Source: Paraliomyxa miuraensis
Lineage (GTDB): Bacteria > Myxococcota_A > Polyangia > Nannocystales > Nannocystaceae
Assembly: GCF_026337845.1 (NCBI RefSeq)
Contig: NZ_JAOVZF010000146.1
Coordinates: forward strand, 1 to 57,014
Direction: 5' to 3'
Length of the DNA stretch: 57,014 nt
Numbering within the stretch: position 1 is the first letter of the stretch; each line of letters begins with the position of its first letter. Both the position numbers and the translations under genes were made by a program. This document shows positions 19,018 through 28,933 of the stretch, piece by piece. The notes below the pieces were generated by a model. It made no database searches. It was not told the DNA's origin and saw nothing but the letters and a program-made list of their open reading frames with translations.

Positions 19018-20241
19018 TCAGCGCACGCCCAGCAGATCGGCCAGCGCCCCCCGAACCCACGCGGGGTGATCGTAGTCGGCCGCATCGCTGTCGACCCGGG
19101 GAGCCACGATCCGGGCCACCACGTGCTCGATGGGATCGTGGGCCTCGGCGGGACGCTCCACCAGGTGCAGGCGCACGCGCTCGGGACAGCCGTCGCAGCG
19201 GGGCACCTTCCCGGTCTGGCCTGCGTAGGCCGAGGTCACGTCGTGGTGCGTCACCTCGATCACGTCGTCGACCTCGACCGCATAGCCCTCCTGATCGTAC
19301 TCCCCGGCCCGCACCATCTTGAAGGCCAGGCCGTAGAGCAGGTGGGTGGCGGCCTCGAGCGCCTCGACCTCGCGCGGCAGTCCATCGAGCTCGAGATCGA
19401 CGCTGCCGAAGCGACGCATGCCCCGGGTGGTGAGCCGCACGGAGCCCTCGCCGTTGCGCTCGTCGGGGAACGGCACCACCACGACCTGGTCGGCCACGTT
19501 GCCCACGGTCGACTGCAGGCGACGAGCCGTGAACGCCTCCACGCCCATGGTCTCGCCGGTGTCGGGATCGTGGACCAGCGCCTTGCGATCGATGGCGACG
19601 ATGCGCACCAGGGTCTGGAGCAGCCGCAGCCCGCGGATCCCGTAGCGGTTGCGGTAGTGGGCCCGCAACACCAGGGCGTGGCGACGGGCGGGCAGGCTCG
19701 TGCGCTCCGCATCGGTGAGGGCCCGCGTCGAGATCGGATCGCGCAGCACCTCGAGCGGTATGAGCGGCTCCTCGCCCGCGGGCGCCACTGGCAGCAGGTC
19801 CAGGTGCAGGCCGAGCAGATCGCGGTGGCGGATCTCGTCGCGCTCGCTGGGATCGAGCGAGGGATCGCCCTGAGGTGGGCGTGGCTCGGTGGCGACCATC
19901 TCGAGCAACAGCTTGGCCTCGGGCTCGTCATCGGCCCCGGCCAGGGCCTTGCGCACCAGCTCGGCCAGCGCCTCGCGGTCGAGCGCGTGGCCCGAGCCCT
20001 CGGTCAGCAGCAGCAGATAGGCCTGGCTGGTGCGATCGGCGAACACCACGTGGTGCGCCGACTCGTTGCGCTCGGCATCATCGTCGTCGTCGGCCGTCGG
20101 CGGCACCGCAACGGCCCCATCGGCCGCCGGCTCGGTGCCCTGCGCCTTGGGGGTCTGTGCGCTCCCGCCGTCGTCGCGCTTGGCGGGGCAGCCGGCCAGA
20201 CCCACGACCAATCCCAGCCTGATGAGCGAGCGCGACGGCAT
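19018..20241 (-). CDS. Lipoprotein of unknown function (407 aa) with an acidic low-complexity N-terminal region
   Basis: Start [20 protein letters not shown] (lipobox LAGC). Its ATG overlaps the TGA of the upstream dehydratase gene by 1 nt. The ORF track's 553-aa version includes a junk extension. Confidence 0.65.
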   Translation of the reverse strand: MPSRSLIRLGLVVGLAGCPAKRDDGGSAQTPKAQGTEPAADGAVAVPPTADDDDDAERNESAHHVVFADRTSQAYLLLLTEGSGHALDREALAELVRKALAGADDEPEAKLLLEMVATEPRPPQGDPSLDPSERDEIRHRDLLGLHLDLLPVAPAGEEPLIPLEVLRDPISTRALTDAERTSLPARRHALVLRAHYRNRYGIRGLRLLQTLVRIVAIDRKALVHDPDTGETMGVEAFTARRLQSTVGNVADQVVVVPFPDERNGEGSVRLTTRGMRRFGSVDLELDGLPREVEALEAATHLLYGLAFKMVRAGEYDQEGYAVEVDDVIEVTHHDVTSAYAGQTGKVPRCDGCPERVRLHLVERPAEAHDPIEHVVARIVAPRVDSDAADYDHPAWVRGALADLLGVR

Positions 20242-21281
20242 CAGGCGGTTCCTCCATGCATGGTGAGCAGCGAGGCGACCAGAGCAGGGTCGACGTTGCC
20301 GCCCGAGAGGATCACGCCGATCCGGCGCGGAGGTTCCTGGTCCGATCGCTGGCGCTGGTCCTGGCCCGGCACGAGGCCCGCCAGCGCCACCGCGAGCCCG
20401 GCGGCGCCCGAGGGCTCGACCAGCACCTTGCCGTGCACCAACAGCGACACCAACGCGGGACCGAGCTGCTCGTCGCTCACGCGAAACGATCCGGCCAGGT
20501 GGGCCTGGGCGATCGCGAAGTTGAGGCGCCCCACCATGGTTGGCTTGAGGCCATCGGCCAGCGTGGGTCCGGGCGGCACCGCCACCCGTCGTCCCGCCTC
20601 GAGGCTGCGCGCCATGGCATCGCAGCCGTGCGGCTCCGCGCCGTAGACCTTGGTGCCGGTGGCCGCCGCCGCCAGGCACGCGCCAGCGATCAGGCCTCCG
20701 CCCCCCACGGGCACCAGCAGCGCATCGAGGGTGCCGCCGCCGGTGCGCACCGCCACCTCGTCGAGCAGCTCGAGCGTGGCCGTGCCCGCGCCCGCCACGA
20801 TGTGCGGGTGATCGAACGGCTGGACTACGGCCCCCCCGGTGCGCTCGGCCAGCTCGAGGGCGACCGCCTTGCGCTCGTCGGACGTGGTGCCGGCGAAGAT
20901 CACCTCACCGCCCAGGGCGGAAACCCCCGCCACCTTGATCGCAGGCGCGTCGGTGGGCATCACGATCGTGGCCCGACAGCCGTAGCTGCGCGCGGCCAGG
21001 GCCACCGCCTGCGCGTGGTTGCCCGAGCTGAACGTGATGATGCCGCGGTCGCGCTCGCCTCGAGTCAGGTGCCCCACCGCGTGCATGGCCCCGCGCGCCT
21101 TGAAGGCGCCGATCCGCTGGAGGTTCTCGGCCTTGAGCCACAGCTCGACCCCGGCGCGGGCATCGAGCGCCTCGATGCGCAGCACCGGCGTTCGATGCAC
21201 GCGACCGTCGATGCGGGCTGCGGCCGCCCGCACGTCCTCCACGGAGAGGGAAGGCAGCGGCTCGAGTTCGTCGTCGGGCAT
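20241..21281 (-). CDS. PLP-dependent threonine/serine dehydratase family enzyme
   Basis: [17 protein letters not shown] (Lys-containing PLP motif), [14 protein letters not shown], glycine-rich GGGGLIAG. 346 aa. Confidence 0.88.
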   Translation of the reverse strand: MPDDELEPLPSLSVEDVRAAAARIDGRVHRTPVLRIEALDARAGVELWLKAENLQRIGAFKARGAMHAVGHLTRGERDRGIITFSSGNHAQAVALAARSYGCRATIVMPTDAPAIKVAGVSALGGEVIFAGTTSDERKAVALELAERTGGAVVQPFDHPHIVAGAGTATLELLDEVAVRTGGGTLDALLVPVGGGGLIAGACLAAAATGTKVYGAEPHGCDAMARSLEAGRRVAVPPGPTLADGLKPTMVGRLNFAIAQAHLAGSFRVSDEQLGPALVSLLVHGKVLVEPSGAAGLAVALAGLVPGQDQRQRSDQEPPRRIGVILSGGNVDPALVASLLTMHGGTA

Positions 21282-21367
21282 CGGGCGCCAAGGCTAGCAG
21301 CTCGACGAGCGTCGTCGAAGGGCACGCGCTCCCCGAATCCCGTCGCCCCGTGCTACCGTCGGCCACC

Positions 21368-22114
21368 ATGACTTGGACCTGGCTCCGCTCCTCGCTGGTT
21401 GCGTCGACGCTCCTGATTCCCGCCACCGCCTGGGCCGGAGGCATGGGAACCGGCACCGGCACGGGAACCGGCACCGGCACCGGCACCGACACGGGCTCGG
21501 GCACCGACACGGGCTCGAGCACCGGCTCCGACTCCGGCTCCGGCAGCAGCTCCACGGGCGAGCCGTGCAGCGAGTGCGAGCCCTCCACGGACGTGGTCCA
21601 GATCGTCAGCCCAGCCGATGGCGCCACCGTTGGTGCGACCACCGACGTCCGCGTCACCGCGCCCTACACGTGCTCGTGCGACGGCTGCGTGTGCGGCCCG
21701 CGACCGCCGTTCAGCATCAACATCCGCGTCGATGGCATGACGGTGACCAACTGCCAGAGCGGTGACGAAGGCTGCGACACCGAGGACATGATCTTCACGG
21801 TGGGGCTGATGCCCGGGACCCACACCCTCGACGCGGCCGCCGACGTCAACGGTCAGGTGCAGTTCTCCGCGCCCATCGAGGTGACCGTACCCGGCAGCGC
21901 GGGCGACGACACCACCGGGAGCCCGCCTCCTCCGCCTCCTCCGCCGGCCTCCACCGGCTCTTCGAGCGACGGCTCGGGCAGCACGGGGTCTGGAGCCACC
22001 GACGCTGGGGGTGGCGGCTGTGGCTGCCACACCGGACCACGCGAACCGGCGGGCTTGCTCGCGAGCATGCTCGTGCTGCTGGGCCTCGGGACTCGTCGCC
22101 GTCGACGCCAGTAA
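21368..22114 (+). CDS. Secreted Cys-rich protein with a Thr/Gly/Ser low-complexity linker and a MYXO-CTERM sorting signal
   Basis: Signal peptide MTWTWLRSSLVASTLLIPATAWA, then (GT)n and a PPPPPPPP tract. C-terminus GGGCGCHTGPREPAGLLASMLVLLGLGTRRRRRQ. Confidence 0.7.
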   Translation: MTWTWLRSSLVASTLLIPATAWAGGMGTGTGTGTGTGTGTDTGSGTDTGSSTGSDSGSGSSSTGEPCSECEPSTDVVQIVSPADGATVGATTDVRVTAPYTCSCDGCVCGPRPPFSINIRVDGMTVTNCQSGDEGCDTEDMIFTVGLMPGTHTLDAAADVNGQVQFSAPIEVTVPGSAGDDTTGSPPPPPPPPASTGSSSDGSGSTGSGATDAGGGGCGCHTGPREPAGLLASMLVLLGLGTRRRRRQ

Positions 22115-22118
22115 GAGC

Positions 22119-23390
22119 TCAATCGAGCAAGCGCGCCGCCCAGGTGCACCAGCGCGCCCGCTGCGTGGCCTCGGCCGGATAGCCACGGTAGAGGCCCTGC
22201 GCCGCGACCATGCGAGCGGCCACGGGAGCGAACCTCGCGGCGAGTCCCGGCGCGCGCAACAGCCTCCGCGCCTTGCCGAGCAGCTGCGACAGCGGCAACG
22301 GAGGCAGCTCCTGTCGCAGCGCCGCGATCGCCGAGGCCTCGTCGAGCAGGCCCCCCTCGATCATCCGCTCGACCTCCGACACCGACAGGCCCTGCGAGAA
22401 CCGCCGAAACGCGTCGTAGGCGGCAAACAGCCCGCCGTAGCGTCGCTGCCACCGCACGGCATAGCGCTCGGGATCTCCCCCCTCGGCCAGGGTGTCGGCC
22501 AACAGCCTCGCCGCGAGCAGGCCCGCGGCGATCCCCGAGCCGTGCGCCGAGAACACCTGACCCGCCGCGTCACCGACGAGCGCCACGGGACCCTCGGCCA
22601 GCACGTCGCGCGGCCGCCCGAGCGGCACCGCTCGCGCCCCTCCGAAGCGCCGCGCCCCGATCCACGGGTGCTCGGCCACGAACTCGTCGAGCAGGCGCTG
22701 ACCCGATGGATGCCCCAGCGCGGGAATGCTGCCGGTCAGGATCCCGACCGAGTCTCCCTCTACCCGCACCGAGACGATCGAGTACCCGCCCGCCACACTG
22801 GTGAAGCACAGCGTGTGTCCCTCGCTCGCCTCGTGCTTGGCCAGCCACGCGCGTGCCGCCTTTGGATCCGCGAGCGCGTGGACCTGCTGGGCCGCCGCGC
22901 ACAGATCGGTCCGCGGCACCGGAGCCTGTCGCAGCAGGCGAGCCCCCGACAGGCCCGAGGCATCGACGATCCACCGCGCGTCGATCGCCTCGTCGGCGAG
23001 CCGCAGCCGCGTGCCCTCGATCCCGGTGATCTCCACCTCGCCGCGGAGCCGGGCCCCGGCCGAGCGGGCGAGATCCTGCAGCCGCTCTACCAATCGAGGC
23101 ATGTCCACCTCGAGCAGCCCGTGCCCCCGAAGGGTGAGCCGCGAAGGGCCCCAGCCCACCACGAGATGGAACACGTGATCGGCCGCGCGAAGCTCCTCGC
23201 CCTGGGGCGGCTGCAAGCCCGCCTCGCCAAAGGCCCACGCGGGCACGCCGTTGACCCACCGCGCCCCCGCCTCGTGGAGCGGCCGACGATCCACGCAGAT
23301 CGTCGACAGCCCCCGCTCGGCACACAGGGCCGCCACCGCCGCCCCGGCCGTACCCGCGCCCACGATCGCCACGTCGACCACGTCGATCAT
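22119..23390 (-). CDS. FAD-dependent oxidoreductase (geranylgeranyl-reductase-like / FAD-binding family)
   Basis: MIDVVDVAIVGAGTAGAAVAALCAERG is an N-terminal GxGxxG FAD-binding fold. Start chosen at the first Met preceding that motif. Confidence 0.75.
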   Translation of the reverse strand: MIDVVDVAIVGAGTAGAAVAALCAERGLSTICVDRRPLHEAGARWVNGVPAWAFGEAGLQPPQGEELRAADHVFHLVVGWGPSRLTLRGHGLLEVDMPRLVERLQDLARSAGARLRGEVEITGIEGTRLRLADEAIDARWIVDASGLSGARLLRQAPVPRTDLCAAAQQVHALADPKAARAWLAKHEASEGHTLCFTSVAGGYSIVSVRVEGDSVGILTGSIPALGHPSGQRLLDEFVAEHPWIGARRFGGARAVPLGRPRDVLAEGPVALVGDAAGQVFSAHGSGIAAGLLAARLLADTLAEGGDPERYAVRWQRRYGGLFAAYDAFRRFSQGLSVSEVERMIEGGLLDEASAIAALRQELPPLPLSQLLGKARRLLRAPGLAARFAPVAARMVAAQGLYRGYPAEATQRARWCTWAARLLD

Positions 23391-23404
23391 GGGCGCGGTG
23401 GTTA

Positions 23405-24763
23405 TCACGCCATGGCCCGCGCCCGAAACCACCGCTGGGCGGCCTGCCCCACGGCCTTGGCGACCTGCTTCCACTCGAGTCCCGCCGCGGCGAGCTCGGC
23501 GGCGCTCTCCTTTTGCACGTCTCGTCCGATCCACTGGAGGAACGGGCCAGTATGGCGCATGTCGGCCTGGCCGGCGCACACCTGCTCGAGGCCCTGCTCG
23601 AGCCGCGCCGGGGTGACCATCAGCTCCACGAAGCCCTCGATGCTCCGCACGACCTCGGGGTCGATCTGCGCCGGCCGCTTCTGCCGGTTGACCCGATGCT
23701 CCTCACCCTTGGCCTTGAACATGAGCGGCACGTAGCGATCGCGATCGGTGGTGCCATCGTCGTCGAACTCGACGCCCTCCACCGGGTAGAGCACCACGCC
23801 CTCGCCCAGACCCTCGAGCCCGAAGATCTCGGCCACCCAGGGATCGGTGGCCTCCACGTCGGCCACCAGCGCATCGATCTGCTCGGCCTGCACGCGCAGC
23901 CGCTCGGGGTCGGAGAAGTCGAGCTCGGTGGGCTCGCCGTGCCACGGCAGCACGAACACGTCGGGGTGCTCGGGCAAGAGCGCTCGCAGCCGCTCCGGCT
24001 CGACGAGCAGCCGCGCCGCCTCCCGCTCGGGATCTCCCAGGGCGGGATAGAGCTGCACCGCGAACACGGCCAGCACGTTGCGCTCGACCTTCGAGATCGC
24101 CGTGCGCTTTTGGATCCCGCGCCCGCACCACTCGCCGAAGATCACCGCGCGGCCGAGCCGGGCGTGCAGCCCCGCGCTCCACTCGGCGTTGGCATGCACC
24201 CAGGCCGCAAAGCCGTAGTTGTCGTCATCGGGCGTGAGCAGCCGCGTGCGGCTCTGCGCCGCGAAGCCGCCCGGCAACGCGTGGATCGCCGCGTTGGTGC
24301 CGTCGACCTTGACCTTGGCGCGGTAGCTCACCCGGGGCAGCGGCGTCCCCATGGCCTCGGCGTTCGACTGCAACCCAAAGCGCACCGCATGGAGCTGCTC
24401 GATGCTGGCCCACTTGATCAGCGGCACGCTGGGCGTGCCCTCCGAGGGCCCGTCTCCATCCTGGGCCCCATCCCCAGAGCAGTAGCGATCGCTGAGATCC
24501 TGGCCCGCTGGATCCTGCACCCGGCCCAGGGCCATGCCGAACGAGTCCACGCCGCGCAGTCGACTCTTGCGGATCTTGGTGCCGTCCTCGAGCACCGTCC
24601 CCACGCGAGCAATGGCGACCACGTCGCCCACGGCGTACTGGTCGTCGAGGTTGGCCACCACCACCAGCCCCGACGATCCGGGCGCCTCGAACTCGTAGAT
24701 GCGCAGGGAGTCGGCGTTGGGATGGTCTTGTACACGGGTGACGGTCATTGCGAGCACGGACAT
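23405..24763 (-). CDS. Putative ATP-dependent RNA ligase (Rnl-type nucleotidyltransferase) with an N-terminal tRNA-binding OB-fold domain
   Basis: N-terminus MSVLAMTVTRVQDHPNADSLRIYEFE...KIRKSRLRGVDSFGM resembles tRNA-binding (Myf/CsaA-type) domains. The downstream region carries ligase motif I YRAKVKVDGTNA (KxDG), FGEWCG and GIQKR. GGAGG sits upstream of the ATG. Confidence 0.6.
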   Translation of the reverse strand: MSVLAMTVTRVQDHPNADSLRIYEFEAPGSSGLVVVANLDDQYAVGDVVAIARVGTVLEDGTKIRKSRLRGVDSFGMALGRVQDPAGQDLSDRYCSGDGAQDGDGPSEGTPSVPLIKWASIEQLHAVRFGLQSNAEAMGTPLPRVSYRAKVKVDGTNAAIHALPGGFAAQSRTRLLTPDDDNYGFAAWVHANAEWSAGLHARLGRAVIFGEWCGRGIQKRTAISKVERNVLAVFAVQLYPALGDPEREAARLLVEPERLRALLPEHPDVFVLPWHGEPTELDFSDPERLRVQAEQIDALVADVEATDPWVAEIFGLEGLGEGVVLYPVEGVEFDDDGTTDRDRYVPLMFKAKGEEHRVNRQKRPAQIDPEVVRSIEGFVELMVTPARLEQGLEQVCAGQADMRHTGPFLQWIGRDVQKESAAELAAAGLEWKQVAKAVGQAAQRWFRARAMA

Positions 24764-25081
24764 GATGGTCCTCCGGTTCGAAGGGGGTGGTACGAAATGG
24801 CAATCCTCGATCCGCCCGTACCGACGAGCGGGCTTCGAAAGCAGAAGAGCCACCGGGTCTCCCAGGTGGCTCCACGTGCGCTCGAATGGCCGATTGGGCT
24901 GCGTTCAAGCGGGTGGAGCCAGGCCTCCCGTGGAAACCTCGTACTCTCCTCGATGACCTTGCTGGCGCGAGACGACCACATGGCGCTCGGCGAAGACCAC
25001 TGGGGCCTCCGCGAGATCGATGTGAGCGTTGGTGCGCAAGGTCGACATGGTGTCGACTTCGGATAGCAATGGTCGGCGGCG

Positions 25082-25741
25082 ATGTCAAATGCAATCGACG
25101 CGGTGATACCGTTGCATGCGGTGGCTGGCGACCCGGAGCTCCTTGCTGCGTGGCGCGAGGGTGACTCGCGTGCCGGACAGGAGCTGTTCGCCCGCTACTT
25201 CGAGCCCGTGTCACGGTTCTTCGCCAACAAGGTGAGCACCGACCACGAGGATCTCATTCAGGAGACGTTCGAGGCATGCCTGCGTGGGCGTGATCGACTG
25301 CGCAACGACGGTAGCTTTCGCTCCTACCTGTTCAGTGTCGCCTTCAACGTGCTCAAGGTCTACTTTCGCCGCATGCGGGCCACCGAGCACGTGGGGGAGC
25401 TGGGCTCGGCATCGATCCACGACATCGCGCCCGGGCCCAGCACCCTGGTGGGGGCGGCCCAACAGGAACAGCTCCTGCTCGACGGGTTGCGCCGGATCCC
25501 CATGGACCTTCAGGTCGTGCTCGAGATGAGGTACTGGGAGGACATGAGCTCCACCGAGATCGGTACCGCGCTCGGAATCCCGGCCGCGACGGCCCGATCC
25601 CGGCTGGTCCGCGGGCGGGAGCTCCTCGAGCGCGCGATTGCGCAGCTTCCCGCCAATCCCCACACCCGCGACAGCACACTGGCCGAGCTCGAGGACTGGC
25701 TCGACCGCATTCGGGCCACACTGCAAGTGGTCCCCGCTTGA
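25082..25741 (+). CDS. ECF-subfamily RNA polymerase sigma-70 factor
   Basis: Region 2 (EDLIQETFEACLRGRDRLRNDGSFRSYLFSVAFN) and region 4 (DLQVVLEMRYWEDMSSTEIGTALGIPAATARSRLVRGRELL) are present. 219 aa. Confidence 0.88.
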   Translation: MSNAIDAVIPLHAVAGDPELLAAWREGDSRAGQELFARYFEPVSRFFANKVSTDHEDLIQETFEACLRGRDRLRNDGSFRSYLFSVAFNVLKVYFRRMRATEHVGELGSASIHDIAPGPSTLVGAAQQEQLLLDGLRRIPMDLQVVLEMRYWEDMSSTEIGTALGIPAATARSRLVRGRELLERAIAQLPANPHTRDSTLAELEDWLDRIRATLQVVPA

Positions 25742-25822
25742 GCAGCGTTCGCTCGAAACTCGACGAAATTCACCAGTCCGGCGTCAACACCCGCGCGGCT
25801 ACACGCACTACTCCTTCGAGCG

Positions 25823-28800
25823 ATGCCTGCGAAGACCTCATGGTCGACCTCCGAAGGTCACCAGGGCCACGGCGACCCGGCTGGAGTCGGGCGCCCCGTG
25901 CGAGCCAAGCCGAACGTCGAGGACACCATCATCGCGCGCGAAACGCTGGACGACAGCCGCGAGGACGAGCCCGCCCGGCGTGGGGTCGACATGCGGCTGC
26001 AGCGTGACGAGGTGTTCGCTCGACTGTTCGGCTCGCCGGGAGAGCAGCGCATCGGGCGATACCTCGTGCACGGCACGCTCGGCCAGGGCGGCATGGGCAA
26101 GGTGCTGCGGGCTCACGACGAGACCCTCGGTCGCGACGTCGCGCTCAAGGTGCTCCACGATGGCCGCGGCGGAAAGCAGGGGCAGCGGCTCCTGCGCGAG
26201 GCCCAGGCGCTGGCCCAGCTTGCCCATCCCAACGTCGTTCGTGTCTATGACGTCAGCGAGGTCGACGGGCGCCTGTGCATGGCCATGGAGCTGGTGCGAG
26301 GTACGTCGCTCGATCGCTGGCAGCGACGACCGCGCTCCTGGACCGAGGTGCTTCAGGTCTACCTTCAGGCGGGCCGGGGGCTTGTTGCCGCTCATGCCCA
26401 GGGCCTGGTGCATCGAGACTTCAAGCCCGCCAATTGCATCCTCGACGAGCAGGGCTTGGTGAAGGTGCTCGACTTCGGCCTCGCGCGGGGTGTGGGTACC
26501 GAGCCCGAGTCCACGGTCGCACCGGTGGACGTCGAGCGGGCTCAGGAGGCCGAGGTCACCGCCGAGGAGAGCCTGCGAGCCTCGCGATCGCAGCGCATGC
26601 TCAACCTGTCGCTGACCCGAACCGGGACCATGCTCGGGACCCTGGCCTACATGGCCCCGGAGCAGCTCATGGGCAAGGCGGCAGAGCCCAACAGCGATCA
26701 GTTCGCGTTCTGCGTGTCCCTGCACGAGGCGCTCTACGGGACGCGACCGTTCGCGGGCTCGACCCCGATGTCGATCCTCTACGCGATCCAGTCCCAGGTG
26801 CTGGTGGCTCCCGCCGGTCGCCCGAGCCTGCCGCCCGTACCCAAGTGGCTCTACGAGGTGCTGCGTCGCGGGCTCTCGGTCGCCATCCACCAGCGCTACC
26901 CCAGCATGGAGGCGCTGCTCGCCGCGCTCGAGCGCGGCCTGGCCCGACGACGTCGCGTGCGCACCGTGGCCGCATCGGCGACGGTGATGGCAGGGCTGGG
27001 CGTCGTGCTCTACGCCTCCGGCGTGTTCCAGGGCGAGCAGCCCTGCGAAGGCCTGAGGGACGCGTCCATGCCGGCATGGTCGGCCGAGCAGCGCCACATG
27101 GTCGGTACGGCGATCGAGCGCTCGGGCCTGCCCGACGCCGCGCGTACGCGAGAGCGCGTGGAGGAGCACCTCGATGCCTATGCCTCTGCGTGGGTCGAGG
27201 CCCGAGTCGACGCCTGCGAGGCCACCTGGGTGAGACACGAAGCGGGCGAGCAGGCTCTGGCCCGACGCATGGCCTGCCTCGCCGATCGCCTCACCTATGT
27301 GCAGGCCACCGTCGAGGAGCTCTCGCTCGCCGACGCACGCGTGGCCGCGCATGCGGTGGGCGCCCTCGAGGAGATCCCCTCGCTCGAGCCCTGTGCCGAC
27401 GCAGAAGCGCTGCTGCGTGGTCCTGCGCCAGTGCCCTCCGAGCACGCCGAGCAGGCCGCCAAGATCCACGAGCTCATTGCACGCTCGTGGGCAATCGGGG
27501 CCACGGGGCACGACGAGCGTGGCATGGACGCGGCCGAGCACGCGGTCGAGGCCGCCGAGGCGATCCCCGAGGCCCCCGGGCTGCGGCTCGAGGCGCGATT
27601 CAACCGCGGGCACCTGCTCCGCGAGATGCGGCAGTGGGCTCGCGCCCGACAGGACCTCGAGTCCGCGCTCGAGCTCGCCGAGGCGCTCGGTGACTCCATG
27701 CGAGCGATCGAGACCTTGAACGAGCTGGTGCGCGCGGCCGTTGCCGATGACGACGCATCGGCCGCGAGCGCCTGGCTCGCCGCCATCCGCGGCAAGCTGG
27801 CCCGACTCGACCACCAGCCACGCATGGCGGCGAGGCACCGGCTGCAAGAAGCCATGGTCGCGCTGGTCAACGAGCGACTCGACGACGCGCTGGAGATGGC
27901 CGAGCAAGCGGTTCGCATGCACGAGACGCTCGAGCAACGCGGTGACACGGCCCACGCCGAGGCGCTCATGACCCTCGGCGAGATCTACATCCAGCGCAAC
28001 GAGCTCGACCGGGCGCACGAGACGTTCGAGCAGGTGCGCCGCATGAGCGACGAGAGCGGGAACCTCCCCCAGCTGGCCATCTCGCTCCAGGACCTGGCCT
28101 ATCTCGAGTATGCGGGCGGGCGCTTCCCCGAGGCCCGCACCCTCGTCGAGACCGCGCTTGCCACCTACGCCACCTTCGATCGGGCTGGTGACAAGGCCAT
28201 GCTGCGACCGCGCTTGTTGCTGGCGCAGATCCACCGCATGGAGGGCAAGCTCGACGCCGCCGTCGAGCAGGCCCTGCTGGTCCAGCGAGACGTCGACGAG
28301 CACGTCTCTCCCCAGATCCGCGGCGAGGCGGCCAACTTGCTCGGTGCCCTCTACCAAACGCGTGAAGACCCGGCGCGAGCCCTCGTGCACTATCGCGAGG
28401 CCCGTGAGGCCTACGAGGGCGTGCGAGCTCCCAATCGCGTGGACTTGGCGATGATCGACAGCAACATGGCCGATTGCCTGGCGGCCAGCGGTGAGCATGC
28501 GCTGGCGCTCACGCTCTACGATCAATCGCTGGCCGTGCTCACGGTCGACACGGCCCCCGATGACCCGCGTCGCGCCTATCCCTTGTTCGGGCGCGGAAAG
28601 GTGCGGCTCGAGCTGGGCGAGCGCGCGGCGGGCATCGCCGACCTGCGCAAGGTCCTCGCGCTGACCTCCGCGCTCGAGCAGGACCCCTCCCTGGGTGCGG
28701 GGCTGCGGTGGACGCTGGGCCAGGCCCTCCGGGTCGAGGGCGCCGCCCCCAGCGAGGAAGACTCCCGTGAAGCCGGACGCCTCGTTCGCCAGGCCCGAGA

Positions 28801-28933
28801 CGCCTACGCAGGCGCCGGCTTCACCGAATTCGTGGCCGATCTCGACGCCTGGCTCGACGCCTGCGGACGGCCGTGCGCACCCCTTCCCGAGCAAACAATC
28901 GTTGATCACCCCAAGAAGAACGAGGACCCATGA
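25823..28933 (+). CDS. Ser/Thr protein kinase with an extended C-terminal TPR/helical-repeat region. The start is uncertain: 25823 or 25991.
   Basis: GTLGQGGMGKV, VALKVL, HRDFKPANCIL, DFGLAR, APE. The rest of the 1036 aa is TPR-like helical repeats. It sits directly downstream of the ECF sigma. Confidence 0.85.
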   Translation: MPAKTSWSTSEGHQGHGDPAGVGRPVRAKPNVEDTIIARETLDDSREDEPARRGVDMRLQRDEVFARLFGSPGEQRIGRYLVHGTLGQGGMGKVLRAHDETLGRDVALKVLHDGRGGKQGQRLLREAQALAQLAHPNVVRVYDVSEVDGRLCMAMELVRGTSLDRWQRRPRSWTEVLQVYLQAGRGLVAAHAQGLVHRDFKPANCILDEQGLVKVLDFGLARGVGTEPESTVAPVDVERAQEAEVTAEESLRASRSQRMLNLSLTRTGTMLGTLAYMAPEQLMGKAAEPNSDQFAFCVSLHEALYGTRPFAGSTPMSILYAIQSQVLVAPAGRPSLPPVPKWLYEVLRRGLSVAIHQRYPSMEALLAALERGLARRRRVRTVAASATVMAGLGVVLYASGVFQGEQPCEGLRDASMPAWSAEQRHMVGTAIERSGLPDAARTRERVEEHLDAYASAWVEARVDACEATWVRHEAGEQALARRMACLADRLTYVQATVEELSLADARVAAHAVGALEEIPSLEPCADAEALLRGPAPVPSEHAEQAAKIHELIARSWAIGATGHDERGMDAAEHAVEAAEAIPEAPGLRLEARFNRGHLLREMRQWARARQDLESALELAEALGDSMRAIETLNELVRAAVADDDASAASAWLAAIRGKLARLDHQPRMAARHRLQEAMVALVNERLDDALEMAEQAVRMHETLEQRGDTAHAEALMTLGEIYIQRNELDRAHETFEQVRRMSDESGNLPQLAISLQDLAYLEYAGGRFPEARTLVETALATYATFDRAGDKAMLRPRLLLAQIHRMEGKLDAAVEQALLVQRDVDEHVSPQIRGEAANLLGALYQTREDPARALVHYREAREAYEGVRAPNRVDLAMIDSNMADCLAASGEHALALTLYDQSLAVLTVDTAPDDPRRAYPLFGRGKVRLELGERAAGIADLRKVLALTSALEQDPSLGAGLRWTLGQALRVEGAAPSEEDSREAGRLVRQARDAYAGAGFTEFVADLDAWLDACGRPCAPLPEQTIVDHPKKNEDP

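Noticed and set aside
18781-25066. Long + ORFs 18781..20646, 22011..23735 and 23513..25066, and the minus-strand ORF 24225..25214
   Set aside because: They are antisense or out-of-frame relative to orn, the lipoprotein, the FAD oxidoreductase and the RNA ligase. Their composition is Arg/Gly/His-rich with no domains.
24764-25081. GTCGAC-atggt-GTCGAC near-palindrome ~25 nt upstream of the ECF sigma gene, as an operator
   Set aside because: The arms are only 6 bp, and GTCGAC is itself a common palindrome in high-GC DNA. The evidence is too weak to call a site.
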